Shown here piece after piece: positions 10,189-21,344 of a stretch of 64,000 nt of DNA (positions are counted from its first letter, which is position 1; each line of letters starts with the position of its first letter). The notes beneath the pieces are model-generated. The model searched no databases. It worked only from the letters and a program-made list of their open reading frames with translations, and was not told where the DNA came from. A program made the translations under genes and the position numbers. This DNA comes from Thermodesulfovibrionales bacterium (GTDB lineage: Bacteria; Nitrospirota; Thermodesulfovibrionia; Thermodesulfovibrionales; SM23-35), in contig CAVQRT010000030.1 in the NCBI GenBank assembly GCA_963715195.1, positions 192,001 through 256,000 of the forward strand, given 5' to 3'.

Positions 10189-11532
10189 TTACATTGTCTG
10201 AACAGATGCAATGTATTTTTGCACGTTAAATTTCGATTTACAGCCCTGATAACTCATGTAACGTATCTTCCCAAAGACAGGGCGATCAGCCCAGGCGCGG
10301 TCATGCACACCCCCTATGCTCCATGCTATACCAGCAAACCCATTGGGGTCTCTTCCATCCAGTTCATATTTGTCATTAAGGTAGATTGCCGTTTTTAGAG
10401 CCTGTTCGGGGGTCTGTGCCCATTCAAGAATCTTTTTTGCCCAGTACATTCTCATGTAACCGTGCATCTTGCCCCGTATTGTCATTTCCATCTGTGCAGC
10501 GTTCCAGAGGTCATCATGTGTGCGTGCTTGCTCAAGTTGATCCAACGTGTATAGATATGCTCGCCGGTCCTTTCTGTGAGTATGCAATGTCTTTTTTGCC
10601 CACTCGGGAAACCCCTCAAATGTATCATAATCAGGATTATAAAAACAGAAATTATCAGCAAGCTCCCTGCGGACAATGAGTTCTTCAAGAAAAGACTCCC
10701 TCGAAATTTTGCTCACATGAGACCCGGATACTTCAAGTGCAATCCTCTGGGCAGAAATCTGGCCAAAATGGAGATAAGGGGATAAATTTGACTGTCCGTC
10801 TGCGGTTGGGTCATTTCGCTGTACAGGATAGGACAATAACTTTTTTTCTATAAAATCCCTGAGCAGACGGGAAGCCGCATGCTCTCCTGGTTTTATCCAC
10901 GTAACTTCCGGAATATGCCCGGCTCTGATATTCTTCACACTTTTCACCCAGTCTGTTTGGGGTATTGTAGCTTTCCAGGGGAAAGGGTGTTTTTTGATTT
11001 GGGGAAATGCTTCAAGAAATTCCGGCAGTAACCGGCGAATTTTTGGTCTGAGCGTATATGCACCAAATTCCTGTTTCGGCGAGGACATCCAGCAGGGGAT
11101 GATATTATGCGCATCGACTTCATACACCGGAACATCTAACTTCTTTAGAACAGCATCGGTCCATTGCCTCTTCAGGCGCAACGGATCGAAATCCTTGACC
11201 AGAGCAGATATTTTGTGATTCATGACAAGTTTGGGGATCTCCTCCTCCGGTGAACCGGTGAGAAGGAAAAACGGGATATTTTTTCCCAGAAGATTCCTCT
11301 CAACTTCCCGAAGTCCCTGCAGCATAAAACGATACTGCCGTGTTGTCGCTCCGAGAAAGTCCTGCACGAGCACGAAAATAACGCAAAAGGGTGCCCCCTG
11401 TTTCATCGCCAAGTGCTGACCGAATAAGAGTGCCCAGTTATCCCGTACTCGCTGGTCACGGCTCATCCACAGGGCAACAGGACCATTTTTAACGGTGCCG
11501 CTTTTCAATGTTCTGACTCGTTTGCTATTCAT
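10189..11532 (-). CDS. phr: Class II CPD DNA photolyase
   Basis: WMSRDQRVRDNWAL, SNLSPYLHFGQIS, EELIVRRELADNF, GKMHGYMRMYWAKKILEW, DGRDPNG. Start likely ATG 11532 (alternative 11568). Confidence 0.93.
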   Translation of the reverse strand: MNSKRVRTLKSGTVKNGPVALWMSRDQRVRDNWALLFGQHLAMKQGAPFCVIFVLVQDFLGATTRQYRFMLQGLREVERNLLGKNIPFFLLTGSPEEEIPKLVMNHKISALVKDFDPLRLKRQWTDAVLKKLDVPVYEVDAHNIIPCWMSSPKQEFGAYTLRPKIRRLLPEFLEAFPQIKKHPFPWKATIPQTDWVKSVKNIRAGHIPEVTWIKPGEHAASRLLRDFIEKKLLSYPVQRNDPTADGQSNLSPYLHFGQISAQRIALEVSGSHVSKISRESFLEELIVRRELADNFCFYNPDYDTFEGFPEWAKKTLHTHRKDRRAYLYTLDQLEQARTHDDLWNAAQMEMTIRGKMHGYMRMYWAKKILEWAQTPEQALKTAIYLNDKYELDGRDPNGFAGIAWSIGGVHDRAWADRPVFGKIRYMSYQGCKSKFNVQKYIASVQTM

Positions 11533-11614
11533 GTCAACGTATTTTTTATGAAAAAAGTAAGGATCCATTACTATACTATACAGCAACGTTTTTATCTTGT
11601 GAGGAGAAAGAGAA

Positions 11615-11773
11615 ATGTGTGCTAATGGCCGTCCAAATGCAAAGGATGTCTTGGAAAATATGAAAAGCCGGATGCCTCTTGGTCGGAAGATCCGGCTCAT
11701 TCTAAAAAATTCCGCAACCAAACTGAGGAAACTGCAGAGCTGCTGCGGAAACAAGGGGGAACCCGGCTGCTGA
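11615..11773 (+). CDS. Small Cys-motif protein (52 aa), not in ORF track
   Basis: GAGGAG RBS. Translation MCANGRPNAKDVLENMKSRMPLGRKIRLILKNSATKLRKLQSCCGNKGEPGC*. It fills the gap between phr and pheA. Confidence 0.7.
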   Translation: MCANGRPNAKDVLENMKSRMPLGRKIRLILKNSATKLRKLQSCCGNKGEPGC

Positions 11774-11912
11774 ATGAAATAACTCTCGCACCAGCCGGTG
11801 CATTGAAAAAATACATAAGAACGAGTAATATTAATCTCTAAACATCAGAGGGGAAAGCAGCAAGAATTCCTGTCTGCGGAAGAATACATAAGGGGCATTG
11901 CCGGACAATCGT

Positions 11913-12983
11913 ATGCATAACGTCGAAAAATTGCGGAAAGAGATCGACAAAATTGACGATGAAATCCTCAACCTCCTGAACAAGCGTTCAAATATTGTTC
12001 TTGAAATAGCCCATGTAAAAAGGAATGAAAATGCAAAATTCTATTCCCCTGAGCGTGAAAGGCAGATCTTAGAACGCCTTACAGACCTCAATCAGGGGCC
12101 TTTTCCCAATGAAACGCTGAAAGTTATTTACCGGGAAATCCTGTCCGCTTCCCTTTCCCTTGAGGAACCACTGAAGGTCGCATGTTTAGGTCCCCTTGCC
12201 ACATTCACTCATCTTGCGGCGCTGCGGCATTTTGGTTCATCAGCCCAGTTTATGCCTGTTGAGAGCATAAAGGACGTCTTCGATGTTGTTGAAACTGCGA
12301 AGGCTGATTTCGGTGTTGTACCGATCGAAAACTCAAACGAAGGTGTGATCAGTTATACGCTTGATATGTTTATTGATTCTGAGCTCAGGGTCTCTGCCGA
12401 GGTGATGCTCGAAATAACCCATAACCTCCTCTCACTGAGCGGGGATAAATCAAAGATCAAAAAGGTGTATTCTTTTTCACCGGCGACGGCTCAATGCAGG
12501 CGGTGGATTCAGCAGAACCTTGCAGGAATTCCCATTGTTGAGGCGACAAGCACAGCCAGGGCTGCAGAGCGTGCCTCAGCGGATCCTGAAGCCGCTGCAA
12601 TTGCAAGTGATCTTGCTGCTGAAATCTATAATCTGCAGTTTATAGAGAAGAATATTGAGGACAGCAGACAAAATTATACACGGTTTCTCGTTATTTCGAA
12701 AGAATTTCCTCAACAGTCCGGACATGACAAGACCTCGATCATGTTTACACTGAAAAATAAACCCGGGAGCCTTTATAAAACCCTTGAGCCGTTCAAAAAA
12801 GCGGACATTAATCTGACGAAAATCGAATCGAGGCCGTCGAAAAGAAAGGCGTGGGAATATATATTTTTTGCAGACATGGAAGGCCACATAGAAAATAAAA
12901 AATTGAGAAAGGCAATTGATGCGGTAAAAGACAACTGTCTCTTCCTCAAAATTCTCGGCTCTTATCCTTACGGAGGATTGTAA
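11913..12983 (+). CDS. pheA: Chorismate mutase / prephenate dehydratase
   Basis: AroQ domain (LRKEIDKIDDEILNLLNKR), PIENSNEG, NYTRFLVI, INLTKIESRPS. Confidence 0.95.
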   Translation: MHNVEKLRKEIDKIDDEILNLLNKRSNIVLEIAHVKRNENAKFYSPERERQILERLTDLNQGPFPNETLKVIYREILSASLSLEEPLKVACLGPLATFTHLAALRHFGSSAQFMPVESIKDVFDVVETAKADFGVVPIENSNEGVISYTLDMFIDSELRVSAEVMLEITHNLLSLSGDKSKIKKVYSFSPATAQCRRWIQQNLAGIPIVEATSTARAAERASADPEAAAIASDLAAEIYNLQFIEKNIEDSRQNYTRFLVISKEFPQQSGHDKTSIMFTLKNKPGSLYKTLEPFKKADINLTKIESRPSKRKAWEYIFFADMEGHIENKKLRKAIDAVKDNCLFLKILGSYPYGGL

Positions 12984-14074
12984 TGATCAAACCACCTCGC
13001 TACGTGTCAACCATCAAACCTTATGTTCCCGGAAAACCGGTGGAAGAGCTTGAACGTGAACTGGGAATCACAGATTCTGTCAAGCTTGCGTCGAATGAAA
13101 ATCCCCTTGGTCCTTCTTTATTCGTCCTGAAGGAAATCATAAATGATCTTGCCAATACGGGAAGCTCGGTCAGTTTGAACCGGTACCCTGACGGAAACGG
13201 TTACTATTTGAAACAGGTATTATCCCAAAAACTGGCTGTTTCCGAGGATGAGATAATCCTCGGAAACGGTTCAAACGAAATCATAGATATCGCGGTACGG
13301 ACATTCCTTCAACCGGGAGATGATGCTGTTATGGCTCATCCGTCGTTTGTTGTTTATCCCATGTCGACGCAGGCACAGGGAGCCAACGCGATACAGATAC
13401 CGTTAACAAATCATACTCACGATCTCGAGGCGATGGCTGATGCAGTAACCCCGGGCACAAAGATTGTTTTTGTAGCAAACCCGAATAATCCGACCGGAAC
13501 GATGAATAAGAAGCCGGAATTCGACAAGCTCATGAAAAGGATTCCTGAAGGGGTATTGGTCATCGTTGATGAGGCCTACTGTGAATATGTCACCGGCCCT
13601 GATTATCCCGACAGCATGCGATATCTCAGAGAGGGGAGAGAGATATTGATACTCAGAACGTTCTCAAAGATTTATGGACTCGCAGGGCTCAGAATCGGGT
13701 ATGGGATCGGAGGGAAAGATATCATCGCCGAGATGAATAAACTCAGGCCTCCCTTTAATACCAGTTCTCTGGCACAGAAGGCGGCTCTCTGGGCATTACA
13801 AGATGAGGATCATCTCCTGAGGACAAGGGAAATCAATGATCAGGGCAAAAAATATCTCTATAGAGAACTTGATTCCATCGGGATGAAATATGTGCCTACA
13901 GAAGCGAACTTTATTTATATTCCCTTAAAACAGAATGCGCAAACCCTTTACGCCTCATTGCTCGAACGGGGCGTGATCGTCAGGCCCGTGGGGCAGCATG
14001 AGATAAGGGTTACCATCGGCTTACCGGAAGAAAATAGAAGATTTATTGATGCCTTGAAAACGGTCATGGGTTAG
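12983..14074 (+). CDS. hisC: Histidinol-phosphate / aromatic aminotransferase
   Basis: KLASNENPLG, NPNNPTG, VDEAY, RTFSKIYGLAGLRIG. Confidence 0.95.
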   Translation: MIKPPRYVSTIKPYVPGKPVEELERELGITDSVKLASNENPLGPSLFVLKEIINDLANTGSSVSLNRYPDGNGYYLKQVLSQKLAVSEDEIILGNGSNEIIDIAVRTFLQPGDDAVMAHPSFVVYPMSTQAQGANAIQIPLTNHTHDLEAMADAVTPGTKIVFVANPNNPTGTMNKKPEFDKLMKRIPEGVLVIVDEAYCEYVTGPDYPDSMRYLREGREILILRTFSKIYGLAGLRIGYGIGGKDIIAEMNKLRPPFNTSSLAQKAALWALQDEDHLLRTREINDQGKKYLYRELDSIGMKYVPTEANFIYIPLKQNAQTLYASLLERGVIVRPVGQHEIRVTIGLPEENRRFIDALKTVMG

Positions 14075-14139
14075 CGGTCTTTCGGATCAAAGCATTTCGA
14101 ATAGTAACAAAAACCATTGACCAGTGAACGGAGGATAAC

Positions 14140-15165
14140 ATGGATATTATTGTCTTAAGTCCGGGTGCAACTGCAAAAGATTTGAAACATCTTGTCAAGA
14201 AGCTTGAGGGGCGGGGTCTTCGGGTCAATATCTCGAAGGGGACCGAGAGAACAATCATTGGGGTTATCGGGGATACCTCAAAAATCACCGAAGACGAAGA
14301 AAATGCCATACGGGTGATGCCTGGTGTTGAAGATGTGATGAGAATCCTGAAGCCATTTAAGCTTGCGAGCAGGGAATTCAAGGGAAAAGACACAACAATC
14401 AACGTTAAAGGCAGGCTTATCGGCGGTAAAAAAATACAGGTCATTGCCGGGCCATGCGCCGTGGAAAATAGGACTGTTCTTATGGCCATCGCAAAGAAAG
14501 TCAAGGAAGCAGGGGCGGGATTTATCCGAGGGGGTGCCTTTAAACCGAGAACCTCTCCCTATTCCTTTCAGGGTCTCGGGGAGGAGGGACTGAAATATCT
14601 GGCAGATGCACGGACAAAGACAGGACTTCCCGTTGTTACCGAGATTATGGACCCCAGAGACATGGAGATTCTTGCCCAGTACGCAGATATTATACAAATT
14701 GGAACGAGAAATATGCAGAATTTCAGGCTACTTCTTGAAGTCGGCCTCTCCCTGAAACCAATCTTGTTAAAACGGGGTCTGTCAGCGACGATAAAAGAAT
14801 GGCTTATGGCAGCAGAGTACATCATGTCCAGAGGCAATCAGAACGTAATCCTTTGTGAACGGGGGATACGAACCTTTGAAACTGCAACGCGGAATACACT
14901 TGATTTAAGCTCAGTCCCTGTTCTCAAAAAGCTTACCCATCTCCCTGTTTTTGTTGATCCGAGTCACGGAGTGGGGAAATGGGACCTTGTCGCTCCAATG
15001 GCAAAAGCAGCCGTGGCAGCAGGCGCAGACGGGCTCATCATCGAGGTTCATACAAACCCTGAAGAAGCCTTGTCTGACGGCGAGCAGTCATTACGGCCAC
15101 ATGACTTTAAGAAACTGATGAAAGAGTTGAAACCTATTGCTTTGGCAGTGGGGAGAGATATATAG
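14140..15165 (+). CDS. aroF: DAHP synthase, class I-beta
   Basis: [36 protein letters not shown]. Confidence 0.95.
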   Translation: MDIIVLSPGATAKDLKHLVKKLEGRGLRVNISKGTERTIIGVIGDTSKITEDEENAIRVMPGVEDVMRILKPFKLASREFKGKDTTINVKGRLIGGKKIQVIAGPCAVENRTVLMAIAKKVKEAGAGFIRGGAFKPRTSPYSFQGLGEEGLKYLADARTKTGLPVVTEIMDPRDMEILAQYADIIQIGTRNMQNFRLLLEVGLSLKPILLKRGLSATIKEWLMAAEYIMSRGNQNVILCERGIRTFETATRNTLDLSSVPVLKKLTHLPVFVDPSHGVGKWDLVAPMAKAAVAAGADGLIIEVHTNPEEALSDGEQSLRPHDFKKLMKELKPIALAVGRDI

Positions 15166-16020
15166 GTGTATTTTCAGAATGTAACGATACTCGGTGTCGG
15201 GCTCATTGGGGCATCCCTTGCTCTCGCACTCAAACAATACGGACTCTCCAAAACTGTCGTTGGGTACGGCAGAACACAGGGGAATCTAATCCGGGCACAA
15301 GAGCAGGGGATTATCGATTCTTTTGAATCGGATCCGGCAAAAGCCTGTAATAATGCTGATCTCATCATTTTCGCGACCCCGGTCGGGGTCTTTATCGATA
15401 TCGCTAAAAGGATATCTCCGGTCTTGCAACAGAATGCAATCGTTATCGATGTCGGCAGTGTCAAAGGAGGCCTTGTGCGGGATATGGAGAGATTACTTTC
15501 ACCCCGTGGTTTTTTCGTCGGAGGACACCCGATTGCAGGGAGTGACCGCTCAGGAATTGATGCCGCGTCAGCGCAACTTTTTGAGCAAGCCAGGTGCATT
15601 CTCACACCAACGCATGATACTGACAGAGATGCTCTTGAGAAGATTATCGCCATGTGGCGCACCGTCGGATCACTGGTAACACTGATGGAACCCGAAGAAC
15701 ATGATCGGATCTATGCTGCCGTGAGCCATTTGCCTCACCTCCTGGCATACGAACTTGTCAATACGGTTGAGGACATAAACAGCTCCTATCTCACATTCTC
15801 CGGACAGGGTTTTAAGGATACAACACGGATAGCATCAAGCCAGCCGGAACTCTGGCGGGATATCTGCAGGCACAATCGGGAGAATCTCCTTGCATATTTA
15901 GAGGCGTATAAAAAAAACCTCGACCGAGTGAGTCATTATCTCAGGGATGATGACAGTGAAGCCCTTCTCTTGGATTTCCACAGAGCACGGACACTGAGGG
16001 AGAGCATTGGACAGGATTGA
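15166..16020 (+). CDS. tyrA: Prephenate/arogenate dehydrogenase
   Basis: GVGLIGAS, DVGSVK, GHPIAG, HD...VSHLPH, TTRIASS. Confidence 0.93.
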   Translation: MYFQNVTILGVGLIGASLALALKQYGLSKTVVGYGRTQGNLIRAQEQGIIDSFESDPAKACNNADLIIFATPVGVFIDIAKRISPVLQQNAIVIDVGSVKGGLVRDMERLLSPRGFFVGGHPIAGSDRSGIDAASAQLFEQARCILTPTHDTDRDALEKIIAMWRTVGSLVTLMEPEEHDRIYAAVSHLPHLLAYELVNTVEDINSSYLTFSGQGFKDTTRIASSQPELWRDICRHNRENLLAYLEAYKKNLDRVSHYLRDDDSEALLLDFHRARTLRESIGQD

Positions 16021-17296
16021 ACTGCATAAGGCAGGGCATTTTAAAGGAGAGTTTTCTCCGACTCCTGATAAATCAATATCCCACAGGGCGATACTGTTCG
16101 CTTCACTGGCGAAGGGGAGAAGCGTTCTCAGAAATTTTCTCAGGGCCGAAGATCCGTTAAGCACCTTGCATGCGTGCAGGGCTCTTGGAGCAGATATTGA
16201 TGACAGCGGGGAAGATATCATTGTACAGGGCAAGGGTATTCATGGCCTCGTGGAGCCATCTGATGTAATCGACTGCGGCAACTCCGGAACAACGATGAGG
16301 CTTCTTGCGGGCGTACTTTCGGGCAACCCGTTTTTTTCGGTACTTACCGGGGATGCATCGCTGAGAAAGAGACCTATGGCAAGAGTCATAGAACCATTAA
16401 GCCTTATGGGAGCGGACATTCTTGCACGTGCAGAAGGTACATATCCGCCTCTTGCGATAAAAGGAGGCTCCCTGCAGGGTATCGCCTATTCCATGCCGGT
16501 TGCGAGCGCACAGGTAAAATCAGCCCTTATCCTTGCAGGTCTTTACGCATCCGGAGACACCTGCGTTGCTGAGCCGGTTAAATCAAGAGATCATACCGAA
16601 CGAATGTTGCCGGCATTCGGACCAGATATTGCTGTAAATGGCCTCAGCGTGACTATAAAAGGCGGCACAGAATTACGGGGTGCCGAGATCGCTGTGCCGG
16701 GCGATTTTTCATCAGCTGCTTTTTTCATTGTTGGCGCTTTATTGATTAGGAATGCTGATATAACCATAACGGGAGTCGGAATAAATCCGACGAGGACCGG
16801 ACTTCTTGGTGTTCTCAGGGAGATGGGTGCTGCTATAGAGATATCTCATGTCCGGGAAGTATCTGGTGAACCGGTTGCGGATATCCATTGCAGGGGAGGT
16901 GCAGCGCTGAAGGCGATAGCCATAACGAGAGAACTAATTCCCGCACTGATTGATGAATTTCCGGTGCTTTGTGTGGCTGCCACACAGGCTGCCGGAGTTA
17001 CGACGATCAGCGGTGCGGAAGAACTGAGGGTAAAGGAGTCCGACAGAATCAGGAGCATGGCAACAGAACTTAGGAAGATGGGAGCAGAAGTAGATGAATT
17101 TCAGGATGGTCTAAGCATCAGAGGCGGGAGTCTTCTGAGGGGTTCTGCAATCGAGAGTCACGGAGATCACAGAATCGCCATGGCAATGGCTGTGGCAGGT
17201 CTCATTGCAGAGGGGACAACAACGGTACATGGTATAGGTTCCGTGAATATATCATTCCCCGGATTTTTTCAGCTTTTGAGGAAATTGATATCATGA
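16007..17296 (+). CDS. aroA: EPSP synthase
   Basis: DKSISHR, DCGNSGTTMR, SAQVKSA, RDHTERM, LRVKESDRI, DHRIAM. Confidence 0.97.
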   Translation: MDRIELHKAGHFKGEFSPTPDKSISHRAILFASLAKGRSVLRNFLRAEDPLSTLHACRALGADIDDSGEDIIVQGKGIHGLVEPSDVIDCGNSGTTMRLLAGVLSGNPFFSVLTGDASLRKRPMARVIEPLSLMGADILARAEGTYPPLAIKGGSLQGIAYSMPVASAQVKSALILAGLYASGDTCVAEPVKSRDHTERMLPAFGPDIAVNGLSVTIKGGTELRGAEIAVPGDFSSAAFFIVGALLIRNADITITGVGINPTRTGLLGVLREMGAAIEISHVREVSGEPVADIHCRGGAALKAIAITRELIPALIDEFPVLCVAATQAAGVTTISGAEELRVKESDRIRSMATELRKMGAEVDEFQDGLSIRGGSLLRGSAIESHGDHRIAMAMAVAGLIAEGTTTVHGIGSVNISFPGFFQLLRKLIS

Positions 17297-17949
17297 GACA
17301 GGTTATTGCTATTGACGGCCCTTCCGGCTCCGGGAAAACAACGATCGCAAAGCTTCTCGCACAGGAGATTGGATATGGGTATCTTGATACCGGTGCACTC
17401 TACAGAGCCGTCGCTTTTTCTTTGAGAAAACATGCGATTGAGCCTCATGACAGTGATGACAGGCTCATGGATGTTCTGTGCAATACCTTTGTTTTGTTCA
17501 AAAACGGGAGGGTGTTTCTGAACGATCACGATGTGACGGATGATATCAGATCAAAGGATATTGACCACTTCTCTTCGGTGTTTTCAGCGCGGAAAGTTGT
17601 GCGGGACTTCCTCCTTGATTTCCAGAGGAATGCCCTGTTGCATGATAACCTTGTCATTGAAGGCAGGGATACGACCACCGTCGTGTTCCCTGATGCAAGA
17701 AAGAAAATTTTTCTGGATGCATCTGTGGAAGAGCGCGCCAGGAGGCGGTATCTTCAGTACAAGGGCAAGGGAATCGATATGAGCATGGAAGAGGCAATGG
17801 ACAGCATCATAGAAAGGGACAAACGGGATGCCTCCCGGGACATAGCTCCTCTGGTGAAAGCACCCGATGCCCTTCTGATCGATTCATCGAACCTCACGAT
17901 AGAAGCAGTAAAAGACAGAATCCTTGATTTCGTCAGAAAAGATCCTTAG
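17293..17949 (+). CDS. cmk: Cytidylate kinase
   Basis: IAIDGPSGSGKTT, DTGALYRA, EGRD, RDKRD. Confidence 0.95.
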   Translation: MRQVIAIDGPSGSGKTTIAKLLAQEIGYGYLDTGALYRAVAFSLRKHAIEPHDSDDRLMDVLCNTFVLFKNGRVFLNDHDVTDDIRSKDIDHFSSVFSARKVVRDFLLDFQRNALLHDNLVIEGRDTTTVVFPDARKKIFLDASVEERARRRYLQYKGKGIDMSMEEAMDSIIERDKRDASRDIAPLVKAPDALLIDSSNLTIEAVKDRILDFVRKDP

Positions 17950-17997
17950 GTCTGCTGATCTGAGTATTACGGGTATTTGTTGCTGCAGGGGATACAG

Positions 17998-18834
17998 GTG
18001 GAGATAATCATTGCAAAGACAGCCGGATTTTGTTTCGGCGTAAAGAGGGCTATCAACATAGCCTTCAAGATAGCCAAGGAAAAGCGGAAAGGGGTATTCA
18101 CACTCGGTCCGATTATTCACAACCCCCAGGTTGTGGAGAAGCTTATTGGGAAAGGGATTGTCCCCATTTACGACATAAGGGGAAGAAAAAATATCAGGGC
18201 ACTCATCGTAAGAACTCATGGGATACCTCTGGATGTCTCGCGGAAGCTTGACAGCATGGGGTGTGAAATTATTGATGCAACATGTCCGTTTGTAAAAAAG
18301 GCTCAGTATTATGCTAAACTCCTAAGTGAAGAAGGGTATCAGGTAGTCATTCTGGGAGAGAAAAACCATCCAGAGGTAAAAAGTCTTATGAGTTATGCCA
18401 GCAAGAACGCAATCGTGGTGAACGCTCAATCGCCTCTCCCCCGTCTAAAAAGCAGGGTTGGTATTGTTGTACAGACTACACAGCCCCTTGAGGCTTTGAA
18501 AAAGGTTATCTCTGAAGCCACCGAACACGCGAAGGAGATAAAAATATATAATACGATATGTAATTCAACCGCCCAGAGATTAAAGGAAACTGCATACGTG
18601 GCCGCAGGGGTTGATGTAATGTTTGTCGTCGGCGGAAAAAATAGCGCCAATACAACTCAGCTCACAAAGCTCTGTGAGTGTCTGTCTGTACCGACATATC
18701 ATATAGAAACCGCTTCTGAGATAAACAAGATACGGATCAAGAAAGCAAAAAAGGTCGGTATTACTGCCGGGGCGTCAACGCCCGCATGGATTATCAGAGA
18801 TGTTGAAAATAGAATCAGAGATATAGGAGGATAA
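17998..18834 (+). CDS. ispH: 4-hydroxy-3-methylbut-2-enyl diphosphate reductase
   Basis: AGFCFGVKRA, IIHNP, DATCPFV, NTICNST, SANT, GITAGASTP. GTG start at 17998. Confidence 0.95.
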   Translation: MEIIIAKTAGFCFGVKRAINIAFKIAKEKRKGVFTLGPIIHNPQVVEKLIGKGIVPIYDIRGRKNIRALIVRTHGIPLDVSRKLDSMGCEIIDATCPFVKKAQYYAKLLSEEGYQVVILGEKNHPEVKSLMSYASKNAIVVNAQSPLPRLKSRVGIVVQTTQPLEALKKVISEATEHAKEIKIYNTICNSTAQRLKETAYVAAGVDVMFVVGGKNSANTTQLTKLCECLSVPTYHIETASEINKIRIKKAKKVGITAGASTPAWIIRDVENRIRDIGG

Positions 18835-18841
18835 TGGTTGC

Positions 18842-20428
18842 GTGGAACTGAAAAACGACGAAATGGAAAAGCTGTATGCTGAAACCTTTCATAGTATTCA
18901 GGAGGGCTCGATACTGAAAGGAAAGATCTTATCCCTTCGGCAGGATGGGGTTATTATCGATATCGGCTATAAATCTGAAGGATTTATTCCGATCGATGAA
19001 TTCTCCGGAGAGGAGATAGGTTCCCTGCAGATCGGTGCTGATTTAGAGGTCTTTGTTGAGAAAATTGAAGATGCTGAAGGGACGCTCAAGCTCTCAAAAG
19101 AGCGTGCTACCAAGATAAAGGTGTGGGAAATGCTCGAAAATGCCCTTCGGGACGGAAGTTCGGTCGAAGGCACGATTGTCGGAAAGACAAAAGGGGGTTT
19201 TTCTGCTGATATCTCCGGTGTTGCGGCTTTCCTGCCAGGCTCGCAGGTCGACATAAAACCGCTTAAGAATATTGATAACCTTGTCGGGAAAAAACTGTCT
19301 TTTCGGGTATTGAAACTGAACAGCAAACTTTCCAATGTCATTGTATCGAGGAGGGCGATTCTTGAAGAAGAGATGCAGAAGAAGAAGGCAGAGACACTCG
19401 AAAACCTGAAAGAAGGACAGGTAATGCATGGTATCGTGAAAAATATCACTGATTATGGTGTTTTTGTTGACCTCGGTGGCATAGACGGTCTCCTCCACAT
19501 ATCGGATATCTCTTGGGGAAGAATCAATCATCCGTCCGAATTCTTTGTGATCGGTGATGAAATAAAAGTTATTGTCCTGAAGTATGATGAGGCAAATGAG
19601 AAAGTGACGCTGGGATATAAACAGAAAAAACCCGATCCATGGAGCCTTGTTGATGAAAAATATCCTGTCGGGAGGCGGGTGAAAGGAAAGGTTGTCAGCA
19701 TTACCGATTACGGAGCATTCATAGAACTTGAGGAAGGGCTGGAAGGGCTTGTGCATATTTCAGAAATCGACTGGTTGTCGAGGCTGAAGCATCCTTCAAA
19801 ATATTTGTCCATAGGCGAGACCGTTGAGACCCTTGTCTTGAAGGTCGACAAGGAGGAACGGAGGCTTTCCCTGAGTATAAAACAGATCAAGCCGAGTCCC
19901 TGGTCACTGGTCTCGCAACGGTACTCAGTTGGTCAACGGGTATCGGGCAGGGTCAAAACGATAACTGATTTTGGGGTTTTTGTCGGTCTGCCTGAGGGCA
20001 TCGATGCCCTGATCCATATATCAGATCTTTCCTGGACGAAACATATCAAGCATCCATCGGAATTACTGAAAAAGGGTCAGAAGATTGATGCTATTGTCCT
20101 AAGCATCGAGCCGGAAGCAGAAAAAATGGCACTTGGGTTGAAACAGCTGGAGCAGGACCCGTGGTTGCATGATATTCCTGAGCGGTTTAAACTCGGTTCA
20201 GAAGTTACGGGGAAAGTCCTCACCCTTACGGATTTCGGCATATTCGTTGAGCTCGAAGGCGGGGGCGAGGGTCTTGTTTATTCATCTGAAATAGCAAAGC
20301 CGCAGGCAGAGAACGTAGAAGATGTTATCAAGCCGGGCGATACCATCGTGATTCGAATCATCAAAATAGACTGCGAGGAGCGGAAGATCGGGTTGAGCAT
20401 GAAAAATCTGAAAAGGACACAAGATTGA
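18842..20428 (+). CDS. rpsA: 30S ribosomal protein S1
   Basis: Six S1 repeats (ITDYGVFVDLGGIDGLLHISDISW etc.); follows cmk-ispH. Confidence 0.97.
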   Translation: MELKNDEMEKLYAETFHSIQEGSILKGKILSLRQDGVIIDIGYKSEGFIPIDEFSGEEIGSLQIGADLEVFVEKIEDAEGTLKLSKERATKIKVWEMLENALRDGSSVEGTIVGKTKGGFSADISGVAAFLPGSQVDIKPLKNIDNLVGKKLSFRVLKLNSKLSNVIVSRRAILEEEMQKKKAETLENLKEGQVMHGIVKNITDYGVFVDLGGIDGLLHISDISWGRINHPSEFFVIGDEIKVIVLKYDEANEKVTLGYKQKKPDPWSLVDEKYPVGRRVKGKVVSITDYGAFIELEEGLEGLVHISEIDWLSRLKHPSKYLSIGETVETLVLKVDKEERRLSLSIKQIKPSPWSLVSQRYSVGQRVSGRVKTITDFGVFVGLPEGIDALIHISDLSWTKHIKHPSELLKKGQKIDAIVLSIEPEAEKMALGLKQLEQDPWLHDIPERFKLGSEVTGKVLTLTDFGIFVELEGGGEGLVYSSEIAKPQAENVEDVIKPGDTIVIRIIKIDCEERKIGLSMKNLKRTQD

Positions 20429-21273
20429 AGAAATTTATTATCGTGTTTGCTGTGCTTCTGGTGATTGTCATTATCATCAGTCTGGTTCTCGCCCTGCTCC
20501 AGAAAAATCTGCCCATCGGCGACAAGGTCGCGCTTATCCGTATTGAGGGACCGATTCTCGATTCGGGGAATATGATTGATGAACTCAAAGATTATGTGAA
20601 GGATCTCTCAGTGAAGGCTATAGTCCTTCGGATTGATAGTCCGGGTGGGGCCGTAGCACCCTCGCAGGAAATTTATGAAGAAGTGAGAAAGGCCGTTTCG
20701 AAAAAGACCATCGTGGTATCGATGGGCTCTATTGCGGCATCCGGTGGATATTATATTGCATCGCCTGCCACAAGGATTATTGCAAACCCGGGAACCCTCA
20801 CAGGGTCCATTGGTGTGATAATGGAAATACCTAACATGGAAGGGCTCATGAATAAAATAGGTGTCAAAACCGAAGTCATAAAGAGCGGCAAGCACAAGGA
20901 CATCGCTTCGGTATTCCGTGGTATCAATAAAGAAGAGCGGGAAATCCTGCAAACTGTGCTTGACAATGTGCATGAACAATTTATCAATGCTGTTTCCGAG
21001 GGAAGAAATATGCTCCGTGAGGATGTGCTGAGGATTGCTGATGGACGGATATACACCGGAGAACAGGCACTTAAGGCCGGCCTCATTGATGAACTCGGGA
21101 ATCTTGAAGATGCAGTCAAAGCAGCAGCAAAACTCTCCGGCATAAAAGGAGAACCATCAGTGGTCAGCAAAGAAGAGAAGTTTTCGCTGATCAGTCTCCT
21201 CAGAGGCAAGATGCCAAAGGAATTGACGGATATGTTTCCTTCAGTGAGTGTTAAGTACCTTTTTACACCCTGA
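20425..21273 (+). CDS. sppA: Signal peptide peptidase SppA (36K type)
   Basis: LRIDSPGG, AASGGYYIA, TGSIGV, KSGKHKD. Confidence 0.95.
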   Translation: MKKFIIVFAVLLVIVIIISLVLALLQKNLPIGDKVALIRIEGPILDSGNMIDELKDYVKDLSVKAIVLRIDSPGGAVAPSQEIYEEVRKAVSKKTIVVSMGSIAASGGYYIASPATRIIANPGTLTGSIGVIMEIPNMEGLMNKIGVKTEVIKSGKHKDIASVFRGINKEEREILQTVLDNVHEQFINAVSEGRNMLREDVLRIADGRIYTGEQALKAGLIDELGNLEDAVKAAAKLSGIKGEPSVVSKEEKFSLISLLRGKMPKELTDMFPSVSVKYLFTP

Positions 21274-21344
21274 CAGGGAATTCATGAATTAAAAATTTTT
21301 TGCTTGATGTTCCAAACCATGATCAACGAATGAAAGGAGGGAAT

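Noticed and set aside
11771..11782. TGA after the C-terminal Cys of the 52-aa protein as selenocysteine
   Set aside because: Readthrough adds only U-M-K, and no SECIS-like hairpin is evident downstream.
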